Shown: positions 39,349-51,469 of the stretch, one piece after another | Position numbering within the stretch: the first letter of the stretch is position 1 | Layout: every line of letters begins with the position of its first letter | Assembly (NCBI GenBank): GCA_964106645.2 | Contig: OZ067041.1 | Strand: one strand, 5' to 3' | DNA: 64,000 nucleotides | Origin: Podarcis pityusensis | Taxonomy: Eukaryota | Translations under genes and position numbers: made by a program | Notes under the pieces: model-generated | The model's database searches: none | What the model was told of the DNA's origin: nothing | The model's input: the letters and a program-made list of their open reading frames with translations, nothing else

Positions 39349-39702
39349 GGTAAGGTAAAGGGACCCCTGACCATTAGGTCCAGTCATGGCCGACTCTGGG
39401 GATGTGGCGCTCATCTCGCTTTATTGGCCGAGGGAGCCGGCGTACAGCTTCCGGGTCATGTGGCCAGCATGACTAAGCCACTTCTGGTGAACCAGAGCAG
39501 TGCACGGAAACACCGTTTACCTTCCCGCCTGAGCGATACCTATTTATCTACTTGCACTTTGACGTGCTTTCAGACTGCTAGGTGGGCAGGAGCAGGGACT
39601 GAGCAATGGGAGCTCACCCCGTCACGGGGATTTGAACCCCCGACCTTCTGATCTGCAAGTCCTAGGCTCTGTGGTTTAACCCACAGCGCCACCCATGTCC
39701 CT
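39349..39702 (-). mobile_element. Sauria SINE, full length
   Basis: Family sequence; 14-bp TSD TTCAATAGGGTTTA/TTCAATATGGTTTA. Confidence 0.93.
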
Positions 39703-40283
39703 TTCAATATGGTTTACTTACAGGTTAAAAATATATATATATCTGATTGCTTGTATATTTACTAGGAAGCCAATCTCATTGCAATCTATGGGCCTCAGCT
39801 CCAAATGAACATGGCCTAGGCTAAGGCTACAAGCTGCTGAAACTTTCTTACAAATATCTGAGAACAACTAGCACAACTAGGAAATCTCTCCTGCATTTTG
39901 AAACAAAATCAATGCATGGCCACTGAACCTTTGCTAAGAGGACAGATGCCGTTAGCACAGCGTGTTCCCTTTTGCATGTGACATCTGGAAAGCAAGCTGT
40001 TTGCTAAACATAGGAGTAGTGGCTTCTATAACTGGGGACACTTGGTTCTAAAACAAAACCCATTTATAGAGCTTTCCTTAGTCTTTGCTTTGTGAGATGT
40101 GCGGTTAACAGCTGGAGAGAGTCATATGCTCTATAGCCAAAAAGGACTATTCCAAAGATCAAGTCTGACACCTTATTACTGATACGTGTGTGCATATTAA
40201 ACTACATAAGAGGGGTTACTCAAGAGCTAGGGCGAAGAACAGTATCCTAAAAAGTAGGGGCAGTTCCCACAGAAATTCTCATT

Positions 40284-40285
<2 letters not shown>

Positions 40286-40350
<65 letters not shown>
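40286..40350. repeat. Compound (CT)n(CA)n microsatellite
   Basis: Seen directly. Confidence 0.95.
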
Positions 40351-42524
40351 AGAGTGCACAAATTATATAGTTAAGGGGAAAATGTGCAATATATTTTGCT
40401 AAATAATTAGCGAATTATTAGCATAAGTAAGAGATTATCCCTGAAATGGGGAAGTGGATAGCTTTCTGTTCCAGGGCTACATCTGTATACAGCATGACTC
40501 TGCATGTCATTCTAGATGTCTTCTAGTTCTTTCCCCTTTGCCAGCAATGCCTTAAGTTGCAAAGTTGATGACAAATACAGCTTTAGCCTAGTTCAGTAAA
40601 AGAACGTGGTTTTCAAAGCCCACACAACTAGAGAGGTTATACTCAAATGTGGCTCCATGCCATTTATAGGAAGACGATGCATTGGCACTAACAGAGCTCA
40701 GAAAGACATCTTTAAAATGAACTAGGGGTAGCTGGAGTTCAAGCATGTTGAAAAAGGAACTAATTCCTGTTCCTACTCATCCCTTTACAAAACAAACTAG
40801 TTAAGTTCAGTCAGTTCAGTTCAAGTCAATCGAAATGATCATCTGCATCCCCACTCTAGCATCCAGAATGGAAGAAGCTATGGTGCTGAAGTAGGTCAGC
40901 TAATATATGAAGGTCAGCTAATATATGAAGGGTGGGGGAGGAATGGTAGGCAAAAAGAAGATTCTGAGAGGAAGGCAAATTTTACCTTGCATATTAGAAT
41001 TCTCTCTCTCTGCTTCTCTTGGCATATTGCACTAATGCCCCAACCCAATGGCCATATTTTGCATGTGAGAATGCTTGTTCAAGTGCATTCTCTGAGGCCA
41101 AATAATATGTTCATTTCTAGAAGTCAAAGTAGAACTCTAACTACTAGATCAAATATTCAGCATTCAGATGTGCCTACCAGGCTGAATGGGACCACTGCCT
41201 CAGATTTTCCCAAAACACAAAACAATTTTTCCTCTCACAACTAGCTGCCCCTGACATGGGCCCACATTTTAGGCTAAAGCAGAGAAAGTCTGAGCGAGTC
41301 ATAAATCCATTATTCATCTTTCTAGTGAAATATCTGTGCACGATGCCCTCCAGGAATTGGCAGAAGATGCAGAAATTAACCAAAAAACATGGGAAGCAAT
41401 TGCATGAATCATTCACAAACCCCTTTGCACTCTATTCAAGAATGATATAAGAAACTTGCTAAGGAAGACCACTGGTCCATCTAGCTCTGTATTGTCCACC
41501 ATTTTGGACAGCAGCTCTCCAGGGTTTCAGAGAAGGGTGACCTCAGTCCTGCCCAGAAATGCCAGGGATTGGACCAGGAACCTTCTGCATGCAAAGCAGA
41601 TGCGCTACCTCAAAGCCACAGCCCCTTCTTGTAATGGTGCAACTCCTCAGAAGTTCGATATACATCTAGGTTGAAGACTAACAGTAATTTATCTGCCATT
41701 AGAAAGGAAGGAAATATATTAAAGTAACTGATTTGGAACTTGTCCACTGATATTTAGTTCAACATATGCAATATGCCACTAAGAAACATCCCTATTTCCT
41801 ATTGCAATAAACAAAGCTGGTATTATGAAGTTTTGTTGCACAACTCGGGTTACCTTTCTCTGCTTTCCCCCAGGCACACATATTTTGCACACATATTTTG
41901 GACAGTTGTTTCATTTCTGCTTCAAGAGTCTTTCAGCTGGAGGTGAATGTTGCTTTGTCTCATGCGCCCACGCTGCGTTCAGCTGGCAAACTGACTTCAT
42001 CCTGAATGGTTTTAACTGCCAAATTAGATATCAATTGTCACCAAGCCTCGGAGTCGGCTTGATTTATCATATTCCTGAACAGACTTGATCTTGCAGCCTT
42101 GTGACTTGTGATTCGGACCCCTCAAATCACATTGCCGCTTCGCATCACACATAGGACTGTCTAGATCATATCTGAACAAGAACTGAGGAGGCAAGATAGG
42201 GACAAAAGGGCAAATTTAAAGGATAAGAGAATATATGGAGCAATATATTAGAGGACCAGATAATTGCAAGGTGGGAATCTGTCTCAATCAATGCCATGTC
42301 TGAGCCTTTGGAAAAAATCCTGTGCTTAAAAATGCCCCCACAGACAGAGCTTTTACCCTAAAGCTCAGTGTTGGAGGAAATAATATTTTATTTTATTTTA
42401 TTTATTTCAGAAAATTTATACAGCACACTGCTTGATTGTAAGAGACCTCAAAACAGCTTTTAGAAAGATACAACAAGAAAAATGAGGGGGGGGGGGAGTA
42501 CAGCAATAGTATAAGACATACAAA

Positions 42525-43390
42525 GCGTGTTCTCCATCACGGAGAGCACGTGTTGCGGTTGGGGATTCCAAGACACCTTGCTGTTTCTGGGCAGATCGTT
42601 TGGCCAACTCGTAAGCAGGGGTGGGCTGTTACTAGGGAAATTTAGATGTTGCCATTTAGTGATTGACAGCCCTATTTGTTAAATACAAGGCACGCAGCAA
42701 CGGACGACCTCTTTCGCTGCGTGCTTCGGATCACCCGCCCTCCCTTCACTAATGTTAGGCTGTTTGCTTGACCTTGCTATTGCCTGTTATGGGGTCGTCT
42801 GCTTTGGGGCAGGGGCCCGGTAGGAATTTTGCCATTTGGCTGATTAGTGTGTGCCACTTGGTTTTCGCCTACCGCATAGCAAATCGTCACAACTTGTAAG
42901 GTTTGCGGTTAGGCATTGGTCTGGAATTGGTTGCTGGAGGGGTATGGATTTGGCTGTGCCTGCCCCCCAAAATGCTGCTGCTGGTGGAGGGGTATGGATT
43001 CGGCTGTGCCTGCCCCTCCAAAATGCTGCTGCTGCTGCTGAAGGGTTTTACCGTTAAAGGAACCCAGGGGCTCCCCCATGCTTTTGTCCGAAACCCCCTG
43101 GCAAGGGGCTAGGACCACGCAAGCCCCTGGGAGCATGCTGGGGAGAGGTGAGGCATGGTTCCCAGTCCCGTCTCTCTCCCCAGGTGACTTACCCTTCCTG
43201 ACTTCGCGGGGGGTGCGAATGTCAAAGCTGTCCCCGTGCGGGGGCAGTTAGTGCTACCAATGCCTAAGCAACCAGTCACATTGCTGTATTTGAATAAAGT
43301 TGTGGCCAAAATTATGCCAAAAAAAGTAAACAAAAATTAAGTGTCAATTGTGTTTTCCTTTGGGGTGTATTGGGGACCTCGACACGCAAA
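42525..43390 (+). mobile_element. CpG-rich LTR-like or terminal-repeat element, superfamily unresolved
   Basis: Sharp GC/CpG-rich block; AATAAA at 43293-43298; short inverted ends; internal 50-bp tandem duplication; no clear TSD. Confidence 0.55.
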
Positions 43391-43397
43391 AAAGTTT

Positions 43398-43597
43398 TTT
43401 CCTGCTCCACAGTCTAGGACCCAAACCAATGGATTTGAGTTAAAAGAAAGGAGATTCCATGGACTCTCCTTCCTTGGAAATTTTTAAGCAGAGCTTGGAT
43501 GGCCATCTGTCATGTATGATTTAGCCGATATTCCTGCATTGCAGGGGGTTGGCCTTGATGACACCTGAGGTCCCTTCCAACTCTATCATTCTATGAT
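43398..43597 (+). mobile_element. CR1 LINE 3' end
   Basis: GGTCCCTTCCAACTCTATCATTCTATGAT terminus. Shorter or older copies lie at about 24493-24557 and 13180-13300. Confidence 0.85.
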
Positions 43598-46500
43598 CCC
43601 TGCACCATTGCACCAATAGATCTATAAAAATTACGAGTTACTGCTAATTCCTAGAAAAACACAGCAATGCTAAGGTTTGGTCGACCTTATCGGAAAGCAG
43701 AGACACCATTCTTAATTCTTCCTATGACCTCAGGAACCGATATAAGAATTATCTTTGCTGGGAAATTGCATAAAGTCACATCATAAATCATTCGGGGTTA
43801 CGTTCAGCAAGAGAGCTGGCTTTAGTTGTTATCATTTTCACTGTAAAATGTGACAAAACTGAACACTGTATGGTCAAAGGCTCTGCTTTGCATAAATGTC
43901 AAGCTTTCGTAAAACAAAAAAATGTATGATGTGAAGCTTCGATACTGCTATAAACAGGGGTGAAACAATCAGTTACATATGGTGTTTGAGTTTTAAGTAG
44001 CAGTGATTCACACTTGCGCCAGAGTTTACCATTTACAATTGACGTAATGCTAGCCATGTCTTGAGTCAAGAAAATGCGATTCAGTTTTTCAGCTTAGTCC
44101 TTCAAATGTATCTTGGGTAGGGATGGAGAAATTCTGGCCTGGCCACTGTTCAGAGTTGCTTCCAGTCAGTGCATAGCAGTTGGCGGGAAGCCTCTTGTTT
44201 TTATTGTGTTATCTTTTGCTAAACTTCAACAGAAAGTTTTGAGCATTTAGTTTATTTTTGTGTCCTGTTGCAAAGAGCTGTGCTGATGTCTGAGTTGGTT
44301 TTCCCCCACCCCCACCCCCTGTATAGCACTGGCATTTAAATCTGCCAGCATATCCCTATTAAATGCCTGCTTTCTTTCAGAATTTAACATGGGGGGGGGG
44401 AGTGTTGTAAAGTGGGCCTGATCGCTCCTGGTGAGCTTGTGCCAAATACTTTCAGACTGTCACAGACAGCTGGTGTTTTTTCCTTCCATATGGAAAGGTC
44501 AGATATTTATACGGTGACAAACGTGACAGCACATTTTCACTTTAGCTCAGTGCAAATTTTGTGGAAGTTGCTGTGATGTGAATAATGAACTACTAGGCTG
44601 CAAGTAATCCAGTCTGCCGAATGCTGTCGGTGACGGGTGAACTGCCAAAGGTTGAAAGGTTTTTCCTCTGGAAATGAAGATGAGCTGTTTCCATCACAGT
44701 TTAGCCCAGTTTCTCTGAAAGGATACAAGATGGATAGCTTAATTGCTTCTTGATTCCAAAAAACGGTTAGGCAAAAACAAATAGAAAACGGCAGGGACTT
44801 TTATGCAAGTTTATGATGGTCCAGTCCAGAAATAATTTTGTCTCAACTCTCATGTGCATTTGGCCTCGATATAAAACAACAACAGCAACTGCTAGGGCTG
44901 ATAAACATGTCCTAGCTAGACTATTTTAATACGTGCAGTCTTTAGCTACCCTTTCTTCAAAACTTCTATTGGAGGTTCATTATTGTGGATGGGAGTTGTG
45001 AAAGAGAGACTGTAGACTAATTCCTACAAACCATAGACTACTTGTTCCTTTCCAGTGCTAGAACAGTTGGTGTCCTTTTCCACCTACCCACACCTCAAGT
45101 ACTATACGGTGTGAGAATTTAGCAAAGTGGAGAAACTGGACTCTAGATCTTGTTGGGGAAAGCTCCCATGATCCCTGGCCCATACTAACTGGGGAGCCGG
45201 AGTTCAACAACACTTGAAGGACCACCATTTCTGCAGCATTGATTTAACACATAACAGCCATATGTCTTGTAGCTCCATTTACTTCATGAGAGATTGCACA
45301 GACAGGGCCATCCCATGTATGGCCATATCTTTACCTGAGATGTTGGGGGGACTGACAGACTCCCACTCCCCCTGCAACACGGTCCACCATCCAGTTTGAA
45401 ACCATACTGGACCTGTTAGCTTTGCAAATGTGCTAGCAGATTTTTTGAAATTGCTGCCCCACTTCTGAGTAAGCATGCCTAGGAATGCAGCGTTCATCAA
45501 CCTTTTAAAAATGGATGCCAAATGTACGATTCATTTTTCTTGGGATGATGCATATTACTGACAAGACAAAACTTAAATCATTTATTATTTTTTATTTTGC
45601 ACACAGTGGATAACCAGCGGGCATCGCCATGGAAACATAGTCACTCTGTTTGAGTTTCATCGCTCTCTGTCCTTCTAGAAGGCATCCTGTTTTCTTCACA
45701 CTTGACAGTTTCCTTTTGGCAAGTGGCCGCCCTGAATAACAGGACAACTTGTGTTAAGTTGCATTAATCCATATCTGGGAAAGCCAGTTCTTTCCTGGCA
45801 GTTCTTAGGCCTCCGGCAGCAATGATACTGCAGTATTACCAGCTGGAATGAGGGGGGATGTCAACAAAACTGACACTGCAGAGAGGTTTTAGTAGAGTCT
45901 CTTGGAAATAATGACCTTTCTTTTGTTCACTCCAAGCCTTTGGGACAGGTCAGAAAACACATTAGTTTCCTTTACTAGCACAGAGTTGATCTGTGTTTAA
46001 TATTGGCAGAAAGGCTTCATGAATCCTCTACAGGCACTTTAGGCCCCAGGAATGTGCAGTTAATTAAAGCAACTCAACTCCATTATGTTGCAGTGTCTTG
46101 AAGAGAAGTTGGCCATGAAGAGAGCTTCAGAAAACAGCACGAGCTTTTAGGCATCCTTCACTCCATTCTGGGGAAGCTTTGAGTTTCTCTCCCACAGCAA
46201 GAGAGAGGTAAGAAGGCACACTTTAATTGCTATTGGACACTGAGGCCAACTATATACTGATACATTGCCCAGGCATAATTTATTTGATCTGATATTATTT
46301 TAAAATCTTTTTACTGAGCAGTGTACCAATAAAACCTCTGGGGGTGCCTTGATTTATCATCAAATGGGAACGAAACACATGGAAGTGTAAAGCAGGAAGG
46401 AAAAGACAGAGCCGTTGAAAGACACCTCCCCAGGTGCTGCAGACTTGATGTAAATGCTGCATTGTATTTGAGATCATTTAAAGAAACAAAAGCGTAGAGA

Positions 46501-47634
46501 TCATTTAGAAAGCAAAAGTGTGCTGTTTCATTCCAGGGCTGGCCCTATCATTAGACAGAGTGAGACAGTTGCCTCAGGAGGGAAGATTCTCCTGGCCATT
46601 TCTCCTATCACAGTCCGCACCAGCCATTCTCCTGTATTGGAGATGAGAGCTGTGTGTGCCATTCAGTCTGTCTCATACACACCCCAAATAGGCTTCTGAT
46701 AGTTGCAGTGGAGGATTCCTTCCAGTTGTCAGGATCAAAGTAAGTGAAATTCAGCTGCCTCCCCAGTCAGCTTATAATAATAAAATAATAATTTTTTTAT
46801 TTATATCCTGCCCTTCCTGGTTCAGAAAACCGGGCTCAGGGCGGGTAACAACAAATTTAAAACACTTAATTGATGCAACAAAAAACCAGCATAAAATACA
46901 GTATAAAACATGAATACCAATAAATTCAGAATTCAAAAATCAACTTAGCGGGGAAATCCATCCAATAAACATTAGATGATCACCAGGGCTAGCTGGCTAA
47001 ATTAGTCCTATTTGGGCCACCAAGGAGACCAGGGGAGAATTAGAATTCTGCACATAGCATGGGGAAAGCATCTTGTTCTTTGCCTCAGATAGCAAAATGT
47101 CTTGGGCCAGGCTTTGGGCTGTTCTTGTATCTCAGTGGAGTGACAAGTTTTCCATCTTTATGAAAAGGAAAGAGCATTTCATTCTATCCATTGAAGATTC
47201 AGGTATGCAGCATATCCAGGTACGTATTGGTTGTGCAGAGGTGACTGTCTTTTCAGGCTTTGGTGTAGCTCAAGGATCACTAAATGAGCTTGTTGAAGAG
47301 TGTTGGGAGAACTCAAGAGCTTGCCACAGTTTTGTGCAACAATGTTGTGACGCTTTGGTTGGACTTAATAAAGGAATTGCTCAGCTGTGGATTTCATAGT
47401 TTTTGCTCATCATGCAGCACACAGATGGTACATTGGTGTTTTAAAAGCCTGCAGGTCAAGACTTTCCTGCCTCGATGAAGACTGTACCCACTATGACAAG
47501 GAAGACATTAAGCCAAAGTGCACATGCCTTGTTCACTTTCATGTCTGGAGGTGACGTCAACAAGGCATTCTTGAGGGAGAACAATGCCCAATTAGTCTTG
47601 AAAGCTGAGGCTGGAAAGACAGAGAGACATGGCA

Positions 47635-48190
47635 GTGCCGAGGGCCTTCTGGTGGTTTCCTCGCTGCAAGAGGCCAAGTTACAGAGAACCAGGCAGAGGG
47701 CCTTCTCGGTAGTGGCACCCGCCCTGTGGAATGCCCTCCCACCAGATGTCAGAGAAAAACAACTACCAAACTTTTAGAAGACATCTGAAGGCAGCCCTGT
47801 TTAGGGAAGCTTTTAATGTTTAATAGATTATTGTATGCCTGTTGTCTTTGTCCATGGAGTTTTCTTGGCAGGGATACTGGAGTGGCATGCCGGTTCCTGC
47901 TCCAGGTAGATCACGTTTGGTCAAAACTCTCCACTATGACCTGTCCATCTTGGGTGGCCCTGCACGGCATAGCTCATAGCTTCACTGAGTTATTCAAGCC
48001 CCTTCGCCACGGCAAGGCAGTGATCCATGAAGGGGGGAGGCAGTGGAAGACAGGAGTGCCTGGCGTGCTCTGGTCCATGGGGTCACGAAGAGTCTAAACG
48101 ACTAAACAACAACAACAACAGATTATTGTATTTTAACATTCTGTTGCAAGCCATCCAGAGTGCCTGGGGAAACCCAGTCAGATGGGCGGG
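47635..48190 (+). mobile_element. L2-type LINE 3' end interrupted by a Bov-B-derived insertion
   Basis: Encodes RTRQRAFSVVAPALWNALPPDV; the L2 sequence resumes after 48131; it is followed by (GGAA)n at about 48190-48242. Confidence 0.8.
47837..48119. mobile_element. Rearranged Bov-B (RTE) insertion: antisense 5' region joined to a sense 3' end
   Basis: 12-bp TSD AGATTATTGTAT at 47825-47836 and 48120-48131; 3' end GTCCATGGGGTCACGAAGAGTC..(AAC)n. Confidence 0.8.
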
Positions 48191-48354
48191 GAAGGAAGGA
48201 AGGAAGGAAGGAAGGAAGGAAGGAAGGAAGGAAGGAAGGAAGACTTGCTCTCTGTGAGAATCCAAAGTTATGATTTGGGTGCCCCCCTGAAACCTAGTGA
48301 GGCAGCAGGATTTGCTAGAATGTTAATGACATGGACCTTCTATTTTCTACTCAG

Positions 48355-48389
<35 letters not shown>

Positions 48390-48492
48390 TGACCAATTGC
48401 GGGAGGCAGTGGAAGACAGGAGTGCCTGGCATGCTCTGGTCCATGGGGTCATGAAGAGTCAGACACAACTAAACGACTAAACAACAACAACA

Positions 48493-48494
<2 letters not shown>
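48390..48494 (+). mobile_element. Bov-B 3' end
   Basis: GGAAGACAGGAGTGCCTGGCATGCTCTGGTCCATGGGGTCATGAAGAGTCAGACACAACTAAACGACT followed by (AAC)n; flanked by (TG)n and (TA)n. Confidence 0.85.
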
Positions 48495-48539
<45 letters not shown>

Positions 48540-48541
<2 letters not shown>

Positions 48542-48754
48542 CAAAACAAAATAAAAAAGTTCCTTTCAGTAGCACCTTAGAGACCAACTAAGTTTGTTAT
48601 TGGTATGAACTTTCGTGTGCATGCACACTTCTTCAGATACCACATGAAAGCTCATACCAATAACAAACTTAGTTGGTCTCTAAGGTGCTACTGGAAGGAA
48701 CTTTTTTATTTTGTTTCGACTACGGCAGACCAATACGGCTACCTACCTGTAACT
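48540..48754. mobile_element. Penelope-like element pseudo-LTR fragments in inverted arrangement
   Basis: Inverted arms of about 80 bp (48540-48618 and 48641-48720) containing TTAGTTGGTCTCTAAGGTGCTACTGG, next to a hammerhead motif. Confidence 0.8.
48603..48640 (-). ncRNA. Minimal type I hammerhead ribozyme motif, probably degenerate
   Basis: The minus strand reads GUAU-CUGAAGA-A-GUGUGCAUGCACAC-GAAA-GU-UC-AUAC: stem I GUAU/AUAC, a CUGANGA box, stem II, GAAA and a UC cleavage site. Confidence 0.65.
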
Positions 48755-51469
48755 GTATATGTGTGTGTGTGTAACTCAACCTTATATCACAGAAATGGCG
48801 TAGTCTTCAGTGACCAGCATTTCAAGGAAGCCAAACTCAAGTTTTGCAGTGGGACCCCTGAGATCCCTTGCCATTCTGGTATCAGCGAATACATAACAAT
48901 ACACTTTTGTCAATTTCTCTGCAGTGTGAGAAACTCAAGCAAAACATGTTACCATAGTGATCCACTATCTCTGGGAGAATCAAGTGGCCTCATACCATTC
49001 TTACATTATTTTTCTAACAACTGCTAACAACTCAAGGGCTGGTACATCTTTATAACTGTGTACTTTCTAAAGCTAAGCTAACAGAAACGAGACACGCTCC
49101 TATAATGTCACGATAAGGCATTTAACGGCAAAAGGTAAATGTGCTTTGCTGTGGCTATAAATGAAGTTTGGTGTGCATGTATTTATCTGTAGTGTTTATA
49201 GGCTGTCCTATAAGAAGAAATCTCCAGTGTGGCTTCATACATTCATACATGTCTATATTATCTTTCTTGTGTGTTTAAATACATAGCTCTACCCTCTACC
49301 TGGAACAATGATGCACAAGGAGAGGATTTACTGTAGAGAATTGCATTGCAGGGCTTTGCTCCTGCGAATTAATTGGGACAGTGCTGCTGATGCCAGTCTT
49401 GCTTTCCGCCTGTCCTATGGGTGTTCCTGTTCCACATGGGATGGACATTTGGAATTTGCTTCTGTGCTCCTTTGGGAAATTCTAAAAATGCACACATCCT
49501 GTCATGATAAATTCCCACATTTCTCCTGACAGTTTTTATCAGATTGCTGCATCGACTCGTTTGACACGTGAAGACTGAAAAGTACTCTGGCATTTCTTTT
49601 CTACATACTGATCCCTCCCCCCCCCCCCATGAACATGGAGCCGGTATTTGTTGGAGGTCATTAAAACACTGCCTGCAGAGTCAGAGTTTAAATCAGGCCA
49701 GAGCTCACATGCCAATCTGACCCGTTCCTGGTGGTGGCTGATGCTGGCATAAAAAGATTCACACAGAATCAAGTGACCCAAGTAAAAGTACCAGGCAGAG
49801 AGTGGAGCTATGCTACATACTGTAGTAGTAGAATTGGTTACTCGTCACGTAGTGGTAAGTCACTCACATGTTACAGAATGTTGCCCTCAGTCTGGGGATG
49901 AGGCTGCCTCAAATTCAACCGCATGGTTCTAGGAGTTGTAGATATGTATGCATCTTAATCTAGCAAAACATCACCACCCAGTATTATTACTACCAGTATT
50001 AATACTGGTAGTAATAGTATTATTACTACTACCAACAGACTTATTACTACCAACAGCCATAATTAATCCCACTTCTCATCCAGTGGGGCTGTTCCTCACT
50101 TTAATTAAAACTGCCTCTGATTCCTGAATGCTGTGTTTTTCATTGTACAAATTATGGTTCACTGTGTGCTCTAGATAGACTTTTGCTCAGGGCTTTTTCC
50201 CCCAGCCAGAATTTACCAGAAATCAGTTCTGGCACTTCTTGAGTGGGTGCCATTGCCATTATCAGAGAACGAGGGAGGCATCCATGATGCGTTCCAGCAC
50301 CTCTTTTTCTAGAAAAATAGCACTGCTTCTGCTACAGCGACAATCAGATGCCACAAAACATAAATGGTTCGTTTGAATATAGGGAAATAATATGCCCTCT
50401 CCACAGAAATGATTTTGTAACACTATTTTGTATTGCTATGAGTGAGTGAACCCCACAACTTCATGACTGTCAGTTATAGAATTATAAAGAGTGATCTGTC
50501 CTAACCTGGCATCCTCCAGTTGTTTAGGACTGCAGCTTGCATCAGCACCAGCCTGCAGGCCCAATGGCTATTGATGATGGGAGCTGAGGTCCAAAACATC
50601 TGGAAGGCACAAGGTTGAGCAAGGATGAGCAAGGGTATGGGAACTGGAATGGCAATATATTTGCCCAGGCATGCCTCCCTGTGTGATCTGTAGCTGCTAC
50701 CTTTGTGAAAGGCAATATTTTATCCTATTGTATTCTGTCTGGTCTGGAGGAGTAGAAAGGTTTGGCCTGGCAGACTCCCTTTTGTTGGCAGAATGAGCCT
50801 TTGTATAACTAAAGAAATGTCCTAGTACAGGTGATACGTTGCCAATAGAAGTTAAACAGCTGCAGGTCCTTATGGAACGATATGTGCCTTCCTTACCCAC
50901 AGGCTGGAGGTGATGCCATCAAAGTGTCTGAGTGAGAAAGAGAACGAAACAACCCTGTCTTGGAACTGGCGCTGAAAGAGACTTGCTCTCTGTAAGAACC
51001 CAGTGTTTTGGCCAGAGCCGGCCTGTTCATAAAGCGGGGTGTAGCACTCACCTCAGGCAGTGGAAGTGCAAAAGGCCCAGCAACAAAAGTTTGAGGGTCA
51101 CCTAGGCTCTCACTGAGTTTAGTGAGAGCCGAGGCACAGCAGCAGCATAGTTGGTGGTGGGCATTGGCATGGCAGAAGTGTGGCAATAAAAGTAAATGTA
51201 TATCCAATCCCTTTAGGTTTTGCCCGCACGTTTGCCTTGTTTTGCTTTAAAGTCCTCCAAGAGATCAAACTTGCCAAAATATTGAATTGCTTTATGATCT
51301 ACTCCGGGAACATAAAATAACACAATGTACATTCTGGGATATGATCCAGAAATTCTTGGCTACTGTCCTCCATAATTAATATACATTTAAGCTCCATAAA
51401 CTTCAGGGGGACTTACAGAAGATGCAGTTGTGCACTATCTGATTAAGATAATTTTGTCATGGCTATCTT

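Noticed and set aside
42935-43040. CRISPR-like repeat array
   Set aside because: This is eukaryotic DNA with only two contiguous 50-bp units and no unique spacers.
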